Origin: Pocillopora damicornis
Lineage: Eukaryota
NCBI RefSeq assembly: GCF_003704095.1
Contig: NW_020845843.1
Coordinates: 186,001 to 250,000 of the forward strand
DNA: 64,000 bases
Direction: 5' to 3'
Under the pieces are notes generated by a model that did no database searches, was not told the DNA's origin, and saw only the letters and a list, made by a program, of their open reading frames with translations. Below are positions 12,693 to 26,800 of the stretch, in pieces; the stretch's first letter is position 1; each line of letters opens with the position of its first letter. A program made the position numbers and the translations under genes.

Positions 12693-14000
12693 CGAACAAT
12701 GTATTCGTCTTTTGATTCAACATTCAGTCACCATCAACCTCAGGAGTAATTAAGTATCGATCGGGAACGCTTGCGCTGAATCTACAACGCCATTTTTACA
12801 ATTCGTTGATTCGCAAAATGTAAGGGGAATTCTCAAGATTTTAACATGCATATAGGAGCTACGTAAATGTTTATATTTCATGTTGAAAAAGTTACTTATT
12901 ACACCCTAGTAGGGTAAAATGAAAAAATAATTTACAAACAAACATAGTGTATGCATTACAACTGGTTTGAAACTTTTGATCTGTGGTCACACGTGTGCAA
13001 AAAGATTTAATTACTGGCTTTAAAGTGATCTGCGGGTAACAGGGAAACCGGTACTTCGATTTTGTAGATGAAATCTGTAGGATGATCGTTCGTCGATCGG
13101 TGAAATAACTTGCTGACCACTTGGCCGAGGGGAATTGGGTTCAAGGGGCGGCGAGTCTTTCCAATTCGGGACGAATTTGAGCATATCGTTAAGAAGATTA
13201 GGTGGGTGTTTAGCGTTGAAACTTTATAACTTTCTGATTAGCCAGAGAAAATAAAAGACAGCCACTAAGAGTAAAGAAGCATTCATTTCCATGATTCAAC
13301 GGCAAACAGACTTAAAAATTTTTCTTGGCAACATTCTATAAGCTCTTTGTTTTCCGGCAAGTCCCTCCCTGGACAACTGGAATCTACAAAAAAGCAATGG
13401 TTCCCTCAAAAAGGGAACTGTAGCTATAAGGGCTAATCTAAGCCACTGAAGCATAATAAAAACAGTTTCCTGGTGCTATCCTAAACTTTCTCTCTATCTA
13501 AGACTTGCGCTTTGAAGTGTCATTATCCCCATAAACGTGATAATTAAACCAAATTGTTACGAAAAATTATCGTAACTGGTTGACCTCCTCAATAGAAAGT
13601 GCATCCTACAAATGATGATTACGTCTGCCAACTGCTCCTGCAAAGAATTTTAATCGGATATCATTGGTAAGTGAAGGAGTTAGTGCACGGCTTTCACAGG
13701 CTCAGTAACACACAGGCTCATTACTTAGGCTCATTGCTTAAAGCTGTTTCAAGTCATTTTCCCGAATTCCACCAGATTTTAGTTTTGGCTTTCTGCATTG
13801 CATAGAAATGATTTAATGGTCTAACAAACTTTACAAACTAGTATCGTGATAACAGGTAATTTGATTCTTGCTCGCTTTTGGTTTTTATCAACTATGATAA
13901 TATAAGAGCGCAAAAATTTACCCCTCAGCGAGTATTAGCCTTCCAACACTAAAAGTTTCCTCCCGTACTAGTTTATGTCGTGTTAATCAAGGATGCTTGA

Positions 14001-17000
14001 TTATTTACCTCTTTTTTCTCGCTTTTCGGCAGTATTTTGTTTAGTGATGATCCTTTTCCACAGTGCAGGGTATTTGCCGTCCTTTTCTCGCATACACGAA
14101 ACTCCACAACATGGTTCCTGGCCTTGTTCTTTCAGATAGTTCTGTACAAAAGAAATTAAATAAAGAGATGGCATCTTATACATAAGTCCATCACCTTACT
14201 TTTATGTCACTCCCGATATCAGAAAACTTACAATGAACTAGAGATAGCTCATTGCGTCTGGGTGCAAATTCAACTCATGGAGGCAACCACCACGTGTAGA
14301 TATTATTCATTTCCCGCGAAACATCCAAGAAAAACAGTGCTTCGAATATGTCTAAATTCTGGAGACCAGATACTTTGCGTCAGTAACCGTCAGGACCCAA
14401 TCGCAAGGTACAACTATCTCGCATAAGACAAATTTTTCTTACAACTTTTTCGGAGGAAGAGACAGAGAAATTAATTTCACCGCGGAGTGAGGAAAAAGTC
14501 CTGTTCAATAGCCAGTACAAGAACTATTTTAAAAGGGATTTAAGACAAAATTCGACCAATCACATTTAGGCTCATGGAAAGCTACTGTTGCTTGTTGTCA
14601 GCAATGCATGGCAAGTTTCCTTTAGCTCATTTCATTCATGTATTCGTCCATTCATAATTACTAACTTACTTGTGCATAAGAAAGAGCATTTTGTTTTTCG
14701 CGAGAACTGGCATTTTTCCCAATCCACACAAACAAACGATCAGGTGCCTCAAGCAGAAATACTGTGAATGAAAACATAACAGTTTGTAATTAACTAGGGT
14801 ATTATGTATAGGCGAATGAGCTACTCTAAAGACATGCAAAATTTTTAAATGAATACAATTCATATTTTAACTTATAAGCTTCTCCATAACCTAGACAAAG
14901 GCCAGTTCACAGGAATGGTATTTTTAGATCTGTTTAAAGCATTTGACACTATAGATCATGGCATTATGCTGCATAAATTGCTTTCCCTCGGTTTTTCTGA
15001 TTGTTCGGTCGTATAGTTAAAAACTTATCTGTCAAACCGGACTCAAAGTATTTGTGTTTATAGGGTTCTTTCTGAACCCCAGTGAACTCAACTTTATGCG
15101 GATGACACTCTGCTTTTCTTTAATGGTAGTTCCATCAGAGAAATCGAGTCTTACCTTTCTGCCGATCTAAGAAACATCATAAGCTGGCTGGATAGTAACT
15201 ATCTGTTTCTTAACTACTCTAAAACAAAAGTAATACTTGTGGGAAAACATCAAAGGCTCTCGAGAGTTGTTATTTTTAGCGTTTCAGCTTTTGACAAGAC
15301 CTTTAAAATAGGGTCTACCAGTTCAAGTATCTCAGTGTCATGCTCGATCCAGGCCTCTCTTGGAGTGATCACATCGACCATGTTGCCTCCAAAATATCTG
15401 CCAGGCTGGGCATGCCGCGGAAAGCCTGCAAAGTCATTCCTCGAGAGGCCTGTATCACACACTATGACTCCATGATACTTCCACTGTTCGACTAAAGCTG
15501 TGTAGTCTGGGATGGCTGCAGAAAAACAAATCGGGACCACTGGACAGATTGCAACTGCGAGCACCTCGTATCATCGAAGGGCGTAAAGGAGAAAATACAG
15601 GCAGTACTTTTAGCTGGCCTTCCTTAGAAAATCGCAGGAAATATCACACTTGCCTGCAACTTTTTAAGTGCCTACACGGTCTCGTTTTCGCCTATCTTTT
15701 GAATAAAACTGGTTTTTCCCGCCGATATCATGCCTACAATACCAGATATAGAGACCTTTTGCGATTACCCCTGCATGGCATAACATCTAAATGTCAAGGT
15801 TCCTTTCGCTACAAAGGTGCAAAGCAAGAAATACTCTAACTAGTAAACTGCGAAACAACTTCTCTACCTAATTTTGAGAAACTTATCAAACATCATCATT
15901 GATGTAGTATTCTTTGTAATGTAACGTATATTGTATATCTTATGTGTAAATTATCTGTGTTGTAGGCTCCCTTTGTATTTTATATTTCTAAAAAAATTTT
16001 GTTCTATGTCTTAAGCAGGCCCCCATTCAAACCAGCTTGAAGCTGAACTGGGCCAGCCTGCATACATATCGCTGATAAATAAATAAATAAATATAAATAA
16101 ATAAATAAATATAAATAAATAAAGATATATAAATAAATAAACCACTGCTTTTATGAGCTTAAAAGAAAACAACAAACCATCATCGCTGTCCAGTAAATCT
16201 TCACTGATATTTTCGATTCCCTCAGCCACAACTCGAAACTCTGCTTTACTTTTATCGGTGAGGACTCTGAAAAAGGCCAAGGTCGTTACAATTTAGCAAG
16301 ATATACTTCAAATATTTTGTATGTGCCAAACACCTTTCTAAATGTGCACCGGGCTTGATATTAAACATTGAATGCTTTACAAGGTTACAGAGAGTCTGTT
16401 AACGATGCAAAGCGGCTGGCACCCTCGGCCAATAATCGTGTTTGAATGAGTAAGTTAACGTTTCCTCTGGATTTTGTGAATTCTTCTTCCATCTTTTACT
16501 TACTGCGTTTTATCCAAAAGGGGATTATTTGAGTTATATCGCGAACGCTACTTTGTAACCTATTTTGGTTATATTATATGTTCATCATCCTTTTGGATTA
16601 ACTATATTATTGAATAGTGCAAATTATGCAGCTCTCCTTTGCAAATAAAATTGTGCTTTTATTTGCTGCCTGAAGCTAAAATCATTGGTCTAATAAGCAT
16701 CTACCACTGCTTTTCAACATCCTAAATGTTGATTTTTGAGCCGTAGAATAAAAAGTTATTAATAGTGTAACCTGATCAACTTCACCACAAAATCGGCTGG
16801 AGCATTCTGTAGAAAAAAAAAAGAAAAGATTCAGTGATGTAATGAACTTTCCAAACGTTGCTGTTAAATTTTAGATTCATGTAGCTTGGTAAGAGGTTCA
16901 GAATCAGCAAAATAACTTATTTAAAAAGCTTGTCTTACAAAATTTACTTTCGTTCTGTGAAAGGGAAATAAATCTCGTGAATAATAAAAAAATTAACAGA

Positions 17001-20000
17001 GTTTTTGTTAATTATAGGATGGATCCCAAATTTACTTCAACTATTCATGTCTTTGAAATAGCGCACAGGACTGCCTTCTATTTGATATGATTGATTGTCA
17101 AAGCTCCAAAGCAAGGCAGACAATGCACAAAGGCCAAAACTGTCACATTCGTCTTCACAGAAAAAGAAGTGAATGAAGTGAAATAAAGTGAAGCACATTA
17201 CTGATTAGTAGCTATGGACAGCTTAGTTCCAAACTTTTAAGTGTTTTTTTCGCATAGCATAGCCTTAAAATGAAGTCTGAAGGGTGTGTTTCCATCATGA
17301 AAATATAACCCTCTTGAGTTATTAATTGTAGAAGAACTTTGCCTGTGCTCAGACAGGCGTGCTTTTGAAGGGAAATGAAATACTGACCCTAAACATGAAA
17401 CTAAATCGTGAGTGCTTATACTCAGAATGGAGATAAAAAACATTATCATCATCATAATTAGTGACAAAACAAATCATTGTTAGTGATAATAAGTTCCTGT
17501 TAGAGAGTAAAAAACTCTTAAAAATAGTCGGCGAAAAAACAATTGTTTGGTACCTTGTAAACTTCAGTGCCAAAAAGCTCGTTCAGACTCTCTGAAAGAA
17601 AGAAAATTATTTTTGCTGGTCAAAAATGAGTGAGACATTACCGACTTCTTTCGTTAACACAACACTGGTAGATGAGACCAATAGGCAAAAAAATAGTGGC
17701 AATTTTACTAATACCACACTTAAGCTAAGGTTTTTATAGCAGACGTTATGCTTGAGCTTTTAGACATCAACTAGCAACTTGCTTTTAAATGCATTTTGGC
17801 TGAATGTGGTAACCTCAAAGGCCAATAAAAATGGAAAAGTGTCAAACACGACTAGGTTTGCCTCTGATTAGTAAAGAAGGAGGCCACATTTTTTCGGTCA
17901 ATTAAAATAAACCAATGTGACACAAAGCCAATTCCAGCAATCATAGATTACTTTCCACTTTAACTGAAAATTTCCTTTGATATTATGATTAATCATCTTC
18001 CTTTAAGAAATTAACGTGGGTTTTAGCTTAGAGAAAGTGCTGTTTATAAAAATATTAGTTTTGATAACATTCTTCCTTTAAGGAGAATAGACACGAGAAG
18101 GTAACCTTGTACTTGGGACGTGAAAGTTGAAAAAGATGAAACTTACCATAAACTTGTAGCTTAGCTCTTGGATGCTCATGCTAAGGAAGGGAAAAGAATA
18201 ATCAGGAATCACTTTAATCCTTTGAAATCAAATGACAATCCGTGATTGAATGGTCAACTTGTTTTTCCATCTTTTTGGTCATACCTTTTGAACAGACATC
18301 CACTCATTGAATGGGCAAATGGAATCAATTTTGGCATTTTTGCCCTTGACCTGTGAAAAAATTGACAAAAGAACAAATAAGAGATTCAAGTACAAGGCGT
18401 GCTGCCATAATTCCACTTGAGAGCTAAAATAGTATAACTATTTATGTGTCTGCAGAGTTCTTTTCAGCCACATGGAATTGTGATGAAAAGCCTGAATTCT
18501 CCTCAATTGTTATTATGAAATAGAACAGTTTGTGTTGAGGAAATTTAAATAATTTTGAGGAAAGTGCTAACTATTTACAGTGGTTCCCTTGTGGAGAAAT
18601 AGGACATATTTTTATTTAAGATGTCAGTAAGATTACCTGATACATTTTGTCTTCTGAGAAGATCACCACATACCCATCATCACAACACAGATTCTTTTGA
18701 GTGTATGGCATATCCACCGCGTGATACTCCATCTTCTAATGTTTTCACACAAAAAAAGAACACGGTGTCATTTCAGATCGATAATAGACATAGAATATTC
18801 CTGCATGTTTGAAAGATTATACTGTAACCCGGTGGGAGGTTTTGATAAGGAATCACCCTATTCTGAGACACCAATTGATTGATTTTCACCCAGGAAAGCA
18901 AATTAAAAGTTTAAGGGAAAAAAACTGGTTCAGTTTACTTGAAAACAGGAGACGAAACATTGAAAAGCTTGATGACTTCAATTAGCAGAAGTTTTCTTAC
19001 CCCTTCCTTGTTTGGTATTTTCTTAAAATGTTTCAAAAGGTTCCTCGTGAAAGGTAGTCTTTCTTCGCTTGGCACTACATGGTTAAATCCGGAATCAATT
19101 CTGTAAAAGAATAATCACAAATTTCAACATTCTCCCACGAGATCCCATTCTCTAATAACTGAAAGATTATCTGAAATGTCAGCACTCAGAGCTTCTTGTC
19201 ATTCGTGACCGGAGCCAAATCAGTTTGCGCGGCACAAAACTCGCGCCGTTTCGGTCACATGACCATATAGTGCAGAACTTACGCAATAAGTTCGATTTGC
19301 GTATAAATTTACAGATAGATTGTGCGTCGGACTCTTTCGTCTCCATACCAGTCAAAGTGCTGGAAAAGTTGAATAATATTTTGTCTTTTTTTCTTTTCTC
19401 ACTTTAGTTCGTTTCCATTGTAACTGTGTTTGTATTTTTTCATTGTTTTACATGTAGCATTGAATGACGAGTCTTTATTTTCATTTCATTTTAATTTCAC
19501 GGTTTACGTTTTTTTGCAGTTACGACTTGCAACTATAACTTAAGTGGTTCTTTAAATTGATGTAATAGCAGTTTGATAGGACCTAGAAATATACCAAATT
19601 TCCACACTGTCATCAGCGTAATATGATAATGATAACTTTCAATTCTCTGTGTATCGAAGATATCTCTTTCCCTTCAAAGTTTGGCTCGGGCTTCAACAGG
19701 ATATGGAGTTGTTGATATTGCTTTATCCACTTACCCGCCCTCCTCAATGGTGATTTTTCCACCAAAATAATCAAGAAATTCTTCTGACTCTTTACCACCA
19801 ACTTCACGATGCTGAACAGCTTTGTCATCCAGCTAAAGAAAAAATAGATCAAAGGTGAATATTTGTGCTCGTGATAAAAGCTAACTTAATTAATTGAGCG
19901 CCCCGTTTTTGCTAGTCTGAAATATTTTGGAGGCCATCTTAACGCACGCCCCTCACCAAAACTCAGTAGGAACTCTCACACAGACTCTCTATCTTCACTT

Positions 20001-21767
20001 TCCCGTCAGTAGCCAGACACTTTTAGGCTTCAGATGTTTCTTTTGCGATTAAGTTTCCGTAAAACGACATCTGGAGGGAAATCTCATCGGCAACCTCATC
20101 ATTTTCGAGCGATTAAAGCAAGCCACGGTAAACTGGTTGCAATGCCAAAGTTTTGTTTCTGTTTTTGGTGCTATGTTTTTTTTTTTTGGCCGTTATACAC
20201 GCTCGTTTGCCTTAAAGAGCACTATTTAGCTGAGATATCTCTTGACGAGAGCTTTTAATCAGTAGTAATTATCTTACATATGTGTCCAGCTCTAAAGTTT
20301 TGTAAGCTGCAGCCCCATATTCATCTTGGGTGGAGGAACCGCCAATCCAGAAATGAACATCGAAGTCTAACTCCTAAAGAAAGGGAAATATTAAACTGGT
20401 AAAAAAGTTGCAAAGTGCATAAACCATAAGTTGCGCACAAGTTTACACTTTTTAAAAAACCCACACAATTCATAAAACGAAGAAAGGTCTGAAAGATAAT
20501 TGTTGACAAACGGTTTCTCTCCTTTATAGTGATTTTCATTTATCATATTTTGTAACTTATGTAACAGCGACCAAAATTCATTGTTGTAATATGTTGGTAA
20601 GACCTTGTATTAACACTCCGAAAGCGAGCTGGTTACTTCTAGATAAGATAAGTTAACGCACATTTGAGTCTGGATCCTTTTCACTGTGAAGAATTATGTA
20701 AGAATCACCGTCGAAAAATTTTCCATATTCTGACTTTGGCCAGTCTTTGACCTGCGCATTAAGAAAAAAACAGAATAGGTAAGGCCAGAGAAATAAAATT
20801 AACCCTGCGACATCCCTGTTCAAATTCTTCTTACTGGTCTGCATACGTTTATCAAAAATAGCCGTTTTGAAAATATGTTAACGATCAGGGTAAGTGTTCT
20901 TTGGTGATCAGTTCAACCAAATCAGAAGTTCAACCGGTCTCTGTAACACGTTGCAATGATCAGATGTAGCAACATTTCGTCCCTTACTGCAGACTTTTCA
21001 AGCATGCTTTCTTGTTTTATTCATCAAAATTACATTTTTTAAGAGTCTTGGAAAATTGAGTTTTCAAGACGGCGACAATAAAGAGAGGTGATTTATTCTA
21101 ACAAGAAATCCCCACCAAATATGGTAATTTGTTTTTTTGACTTTTGAAAGAAAAAAACACTTGTTTGCGATGGCTTCAAAGAAAGACGCCACAGGAAGTC
21201 TCTCTGCTCGTAGGAGATTTTTATATTTTTCCTTTTATGGTGCAAATCAGAGAAATGTTGAGAAACTTCTAAAAATACTTGAATAGTTTCTAAATTTTGA
21301 TTCAGTGGAATAAAAAAAAAATAAAAGATTTATCTTGCTCTTAAGAAATTGGTGACGATTTTCGCTCGCTATTACATTTTTAACGTAGTTAGAATTGAAT
21401 CACGTTTGAGTAATCACGAGATCTTGACTGAAACTGCAATTGAAACAAGCTGCCATAATACGAGTGCAAATTGTAGAAAAATTATTGTCACCTTAAACTT
21501 TTCAATCCTCCAGATTTTTGTACCTTCGAAATTTTCACATCCTGTCCATGCCGGCTCTTTCATGGCAGCAGATTTTTTTAACTACATAAAAACAAGAATC
21601 ATCGTTATAGATGTTATTTGTGATATACTGAGGATTTCTCGCATTTCAAACTTTAATAACTTTTTTGCTCTTGTAAGAGAACTCACCTTTTTCTCTTCGT
21701 CGCTACCAAACATGGCAAGGTTAGAATCTTTCCAGTCATATTGCTTTGGTTTCACCAAGCCACTCAT
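14001..21767 (-). CDS. Three-domain gelsolin/severin-like protein A (~382 aa, 14 exons)
   Basis: Exons 21767-21687, 21581-21492, 20751-20662, 20373-20278, 19832-19735, 19100-19001, 18735-18637, 18350-18285, 18180-18147, 17591-17554, 16806-16772, 16266-16178, 14761-14670, 14141-14001 give an open frame. Motifs: [98 protein letters not shown]. Confidence 0.92.
14882..16140 (+). mobile_element. Decayed, 5'-truncated non-LTR retrotransposon (CR1/L2-like) RT fragment in gelsolin A intron 12, antisense to the host gene
   Basis: Translates to [37 protein letters not shown] and LYADDTLL. Contains stops and frameshifts, lacks the PQG segment at ~15082, and ends in a GC-rich hairpin-like 3' segment plus an (AAAT)n tail at 16075-16140. 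Confidence 0.88.
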
Positions 21768-23827
21768 GATTGTTTTTAATCACTGAAAAACCTTTGCAAC
21801 GCGATCAATAAAGGAAGTTTTCCACGGCGGCAGATAGTTAATGGCTGCACCTAGCTTATAAACTTCTCAATATGCATAAGATATGCTAGTCACCTGACGG
21901 ATCATCTCACCACCCGCTGTAATCTGGGCTGTGATTGGCCTTGCGGTGTATTTGTACCGTAACCTTGGTTAAACGCTATTGTTTTTTATCTTTGACTTTT
22001 TTGTTTATTTAACCATATATGTTTTGAATATTTTATTTCAGCACCTGGTGTCTGGGATTCGTAGAGTTGCCCCTCATGGCGGAAGGTTCTAGATCCCGCA
22101 TGAAACCGATTGAGGCCAGTCAACGTAACAAAACTTTAGGAGAAAGTCGAGAACCCTGATAATCTGGGTGGCAGTCTTTACACGAAAAGCTCGCGGAATT
22201 TCGAGTGGACAAGGTTAAAGTAATATTTCCACTTACTCAACTGTTTTAAATGAACTTAATGCGATTTATACACCTTAAAATAGATTCACATTTTGTGGGT
22301 ATTTTCTATTTTATGAACGCAATTCATAACAGTTGTAATTGTGGTATACCGAATGGTGATGGGTGAAAATCAAGCATCTTATTTTTGATTTTTCATCTTT
22401 CCCAAGAAATATGTATCATAAACGTGTGTCAGTAGTAAGGGATAGAGGAAAAATCGGAATCTCCCGGGAGCATTCGAGCCTCACCGAGCCAGTTTTGTTA
22501 TCGCACTCGGATACGGGTCCAATTTTATTATATACTTATGCCGTTTGGTGTTGGAGGCATGTTCATCGGTCTGGAAAGCCAAAATTTTCTTCAATAGATT
22601 TCCGAATTCTCCCCCTTGCTAAGATATGTAAAGTTTAGAACATACTTTGACGAACTCCCCTAACTTCTGAGACTGAGCCTCACTCCCCAACACGCCCGCC
22701 ATTTTGTTGAAACAACCAAAAACTTGCTAAATGCAGAGTATTTCTCAAGTAACGTGGCCGAAAAAACCAAACAGAACGAAAAGAAGTATTTCCCGCTGAT
22801 TTCCCAAAAGGCGTTCACGGCGAGAAACTTCTACAAGAAGTCTGAAGTCCCTTGAAATGGCAAAATACGGGAACATGTCTTGTGACTAAGCCTGTGTCGA
22901 GTAACTTTTGGTCTCGTAAACATTTTTAGGGCACAGTTTTATGATGTATTGCTATGGACAAGTTTTAACCAGCATCCATTTGCCTGAGAGTCATTTTGAC
23001 TAGTTCAGCCTCTACTTGCGCGCAGGACTTAGAGAGGTTATAATCCACCAGCTCGATGGTAAAATCTTTTAGCGTCGAGCAATCGGACTTGACAGCTGTC
23101 TACAAATCATGGAATAGTAGCTTTTTTATACGTCTAAAAGCGGGGCTCTAAAAATGAAAAAGTCTCTTTAGGTTTAATGCTTTTATTGTTCTCAACTTCT
23201 AGACAAAACTTCTCATTAGTCTGTAAACCTGCATTATTAAAACAAAGCAGTTTGCCTTTTACTATGATATTGAAATTCAAGGAGTTCCTAGAATTGCATT
23301 GCATAAGTGGAAGAAACAATGGATTTTTCTTTATTTGGAATCTAAACTAATCTTGTGATTAATCTTCGAGGACTTGCTTTGATACGACGGTTGAATCTGG
23401 AAAAAATGATGATTCAATCAGAAATAATGTTAGCTCGTTTGCATTTACGGAATATGCCTCCCTTTTTTTTATTTAACACGAATTCTTCAAATCAGTTTTA
23501 CACGTCAAGTCACGTCGTCAGGTGAGGTTATTAAACAATCACGAACGTAATTGTAGGAGAGTGCATCTGGTGAGTATGACCATAGAAAGCTTTACATCTT
23601 GGGTCTAGCACTTAAAACGGTATCATCTAAAAACCTCTTTCGTAATAAAGTTAGGTTTCTCGTAGACTGAGATAAGTTGCGCATGTCTAATACCTCGATG
23701 GAAGGAAATGAGTTAACAATCTCTCCTCATGCAAACAGTGTATCAGATCGCTAACAGATACCCCAGAGTGTGATTGTGCACTGATGCTACCTTTCTTGTG
23801 TCAGTGCAAGTCAAAGTTATTGCTTAC

Positions 23828-26800
23828 CTATGAGCTTATTGCGCCATTCAATTGAGTGGACAGTTGTCCTTCCTTGACCACAGTGACGGCAATAGTGGGA
23901 TGCTGGTCCACATCTGGGCACTGCTTAAGGTAGTGCTGTTAATGAATCAAAATGTTTCACTTGAGTTCCTTACATTGCTGACCTTTTCACTTTTCTTTTA
24001 CCTTTCATAAAATTATCATTTCAGCCCAACGAAGATTTCATAATCAAGTAAAACCCTCTCTAATGTCCCCCCGTTGCATTACGTGAACGTGCGGTTTCGT
24101 AGCTCAGTTGATAGTAGCACCCAACTATTACCTGGGAGGCAGGGATTGAATTCCGTGGAAGCCTGAATTTTTAAGGCTTCTTTTCTGAAATTGCTGAAAA
24201 TTGCAGCTCACCTGCGAGCATCATTCCTTTACTTACATGTGCATACATCAAGCCACTGTTCTTGTCGCCTGCCCAGTCTTCTCCAACTCGAACGAACAAA
24301 TGGTCTTCTGCATCCATTTTTCCGAAACGCACATCAACAAGGGTCACTGTAGAAATATTAATAATAAATCCGCATCAAAAAGGAATGAGATCACATTCCT
24401 AAAGGATGCTGCACCATCATGAGGGCGACTTTACGAGGGGCGGCACAGCAAGAGGATTACGTGATATGTTTCTGGTTACATCAATCGTTCAGGATAAAAG
24501 TAGACATCACATCGAGCAAGTTAAGGCTGTAGGGCTGGCCCCAAGAGAAAGCTTGAGTACGTGACGTGGAGATATGACTGGTTTTATTAATGCATATCAA
24601 TGGTTGAAAAAGTACGATCGAGTTTTTCCTTAAACAAACCGTTGGGCGTTGGGATGCAGTCCAATAAAATAAAGGATTATAACTTGAATTTATGAAACAG
24701 GATCGAAAACCACCACGATACATGTATCAGATTAGAAACATTGAATACTATGCAAGAGAAGGCAGGTTGCAGCCACAGACAATAAGTAGTGGACAATATG
24801 AAGTTTTCCCTAGCGCAGGAAATCCAAAAATATTCTTCTGAGTTTTGAACTATAGTATCTCTTTACAAAGTGCAAATGAACTGTCATGTAGGATGTCGCC
24901 TCCGATCTGTTGTTATCATAATAATCTCAGACCTTCTTCAGATTTCATCCTTCGGCTGCACAGATCTGCTCCTTCAGCAACTTTCTTGAATTCCAGTCGA
25001 GGAGTCCTGGGTGATATGGTTGGCAAATATTAAGATTTCTCACTGTTTCCCCTATGTGTTTAATCATTCATCCATTCATTCGTTCATTCACTGAATGAAC
25101 GAATTAATGGCAATCTTTGATCCAAAAATTCACTCATTTATATATTGATGATTGATTAAATTAAGTTTCATTCCTCCCTAAATTCAATAGTTACATTGCC
25201 TCTTTACTGAGGTGACACGCACAGTTCTGACCATAGATGCTGGATTATGGTTTAGTCTCTCGTGATAAAAATTATTCCTGAAACACTTACAAACTGACGG
25301 TAAACATCATTTTTTTCTTCTGAAGTTGTCCAACAGTTAGTGCAATAGACTGTAAGAATAATGAAGTTATCAAAGGTGATTAATTAACTCACATAAATTA
25401 GAAGGCTGATGGCTCTATAAAGTCATTGAATGCCATATAACAAAATTAAACTGTTAAATTCGATTCCAGCTTACCTCTTGTCTGGATGGTTTTCGCTTTT
25501 TAGCCTGATATGGGAAAAGATCGTACAAAGCATGGTTCTTTGTCTTCTCGCTTTCATCTAATGAGAAAAATAAAATATGAATCGTTCTTCAATGATCGAG
25601 AGACGCATGAAAAGAAAGTTGTGGAATGTTGAGAAGGATTGAGACTTTTCAGTTCAAGTCACATTTTAGGGAATCATGAATTACGTTCGAGTTGCACTCT
25701 TAACTTGATGTTCTCAGGCACATACCAGTGTTTTTGTTGTATTTAAAAACAACGTTAGAGGAAATAACTCTCTAGTCATCAAACAATAAGATTTCGGTTT
25801 CCATTTTGAAGATCAGGTTGGGAACCTTTAATTGGGCGTTATAGGCCATAAACTTGCGTCAACCAATTAGATTATACATTTTTGACCAGGGCATTCTGGC
25901 ATTCGCACACGTGTCATCAACATTCAACAGAGCTGTAAGTAGTACTACATATATGATACAACCAGAACAGAACAACAACTCACCAACAATGACCACAGTG
26001 AATCCTGATGTTCCACGCTCAGCCTTCAATGAGAGAATCAATTGAAGTTAGACCCAGAGGCTCAAACTTAAAACTCTATACTCGTCATAGCAGGCAGCGA
26101 GCACAAGCTTTGTTTACTCTAGCTTGACCTTGAAAGTATAGATCATGGAGTTCAACATGAAAGACTACAATGCATGGAGCTCAAACCAGAATCTTTCATC
26201 AGAAAAGTTTACGTTTCACTGAAGTTAAGAGCCACGTCTTGAAAGCTGAGGAGGGAGGAAATATTTTTAACGTTGTGCGAGCCTATTTCCCTCTCCTATA
26301 CCGTGAGAGCTTGCCTGTTTTCCTACTGCAAAGGAGCATGCTAAGCGAGCTATTACACGGTTTAATTTGTTGTGAAACAGACAGAACTTGAGTTGTTTAC
26401 CTGAAGCTGTTTGGCGTATTCAGTAGCTTTCTCAGCCTTCTTTCTATCTTTGTTAAACATACCATTCCACTGAAAACCAAGGAAATGATATAATAATTCT
26501 GTGTACTTTTTTAAATATAATTTTTGCTGATAGCAATAATGGGAATAAAGAAAACCAAAATTTTCAGACGAGAAAAAAAAATGTTTTCATGCAAATCCAT
26601 CATAAATAACATCTTGTGCCATCGAAGGTATTTAGTACAATGCTTACCCATGCGAGGCGTCATTACCTGGTAAATTTTGAGTCCACTGTCAATTATAAAC
26701 ACATCATTCGAGTCCAGTGCTCCCCTCTTCGTTGCCGTCTCTCGAACGCAAATCTTTCCCTATAGGATAGAGGAGAAATCAAATTTTCTTGAGGGTCTGA

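Noticed and set aside
15250-15564. 104 aa minus-strand ORF and the overlapping plus-strand ORFs
   Set aside because: They lie within the decayed LINE and are antisense or frameshifted RT remnants.
21349-21786. 145 aa plus-strand ORF
   Set aside because: Antisense shadow of gelsolin A exons 1-2; no ATG start and no recognisable domain.
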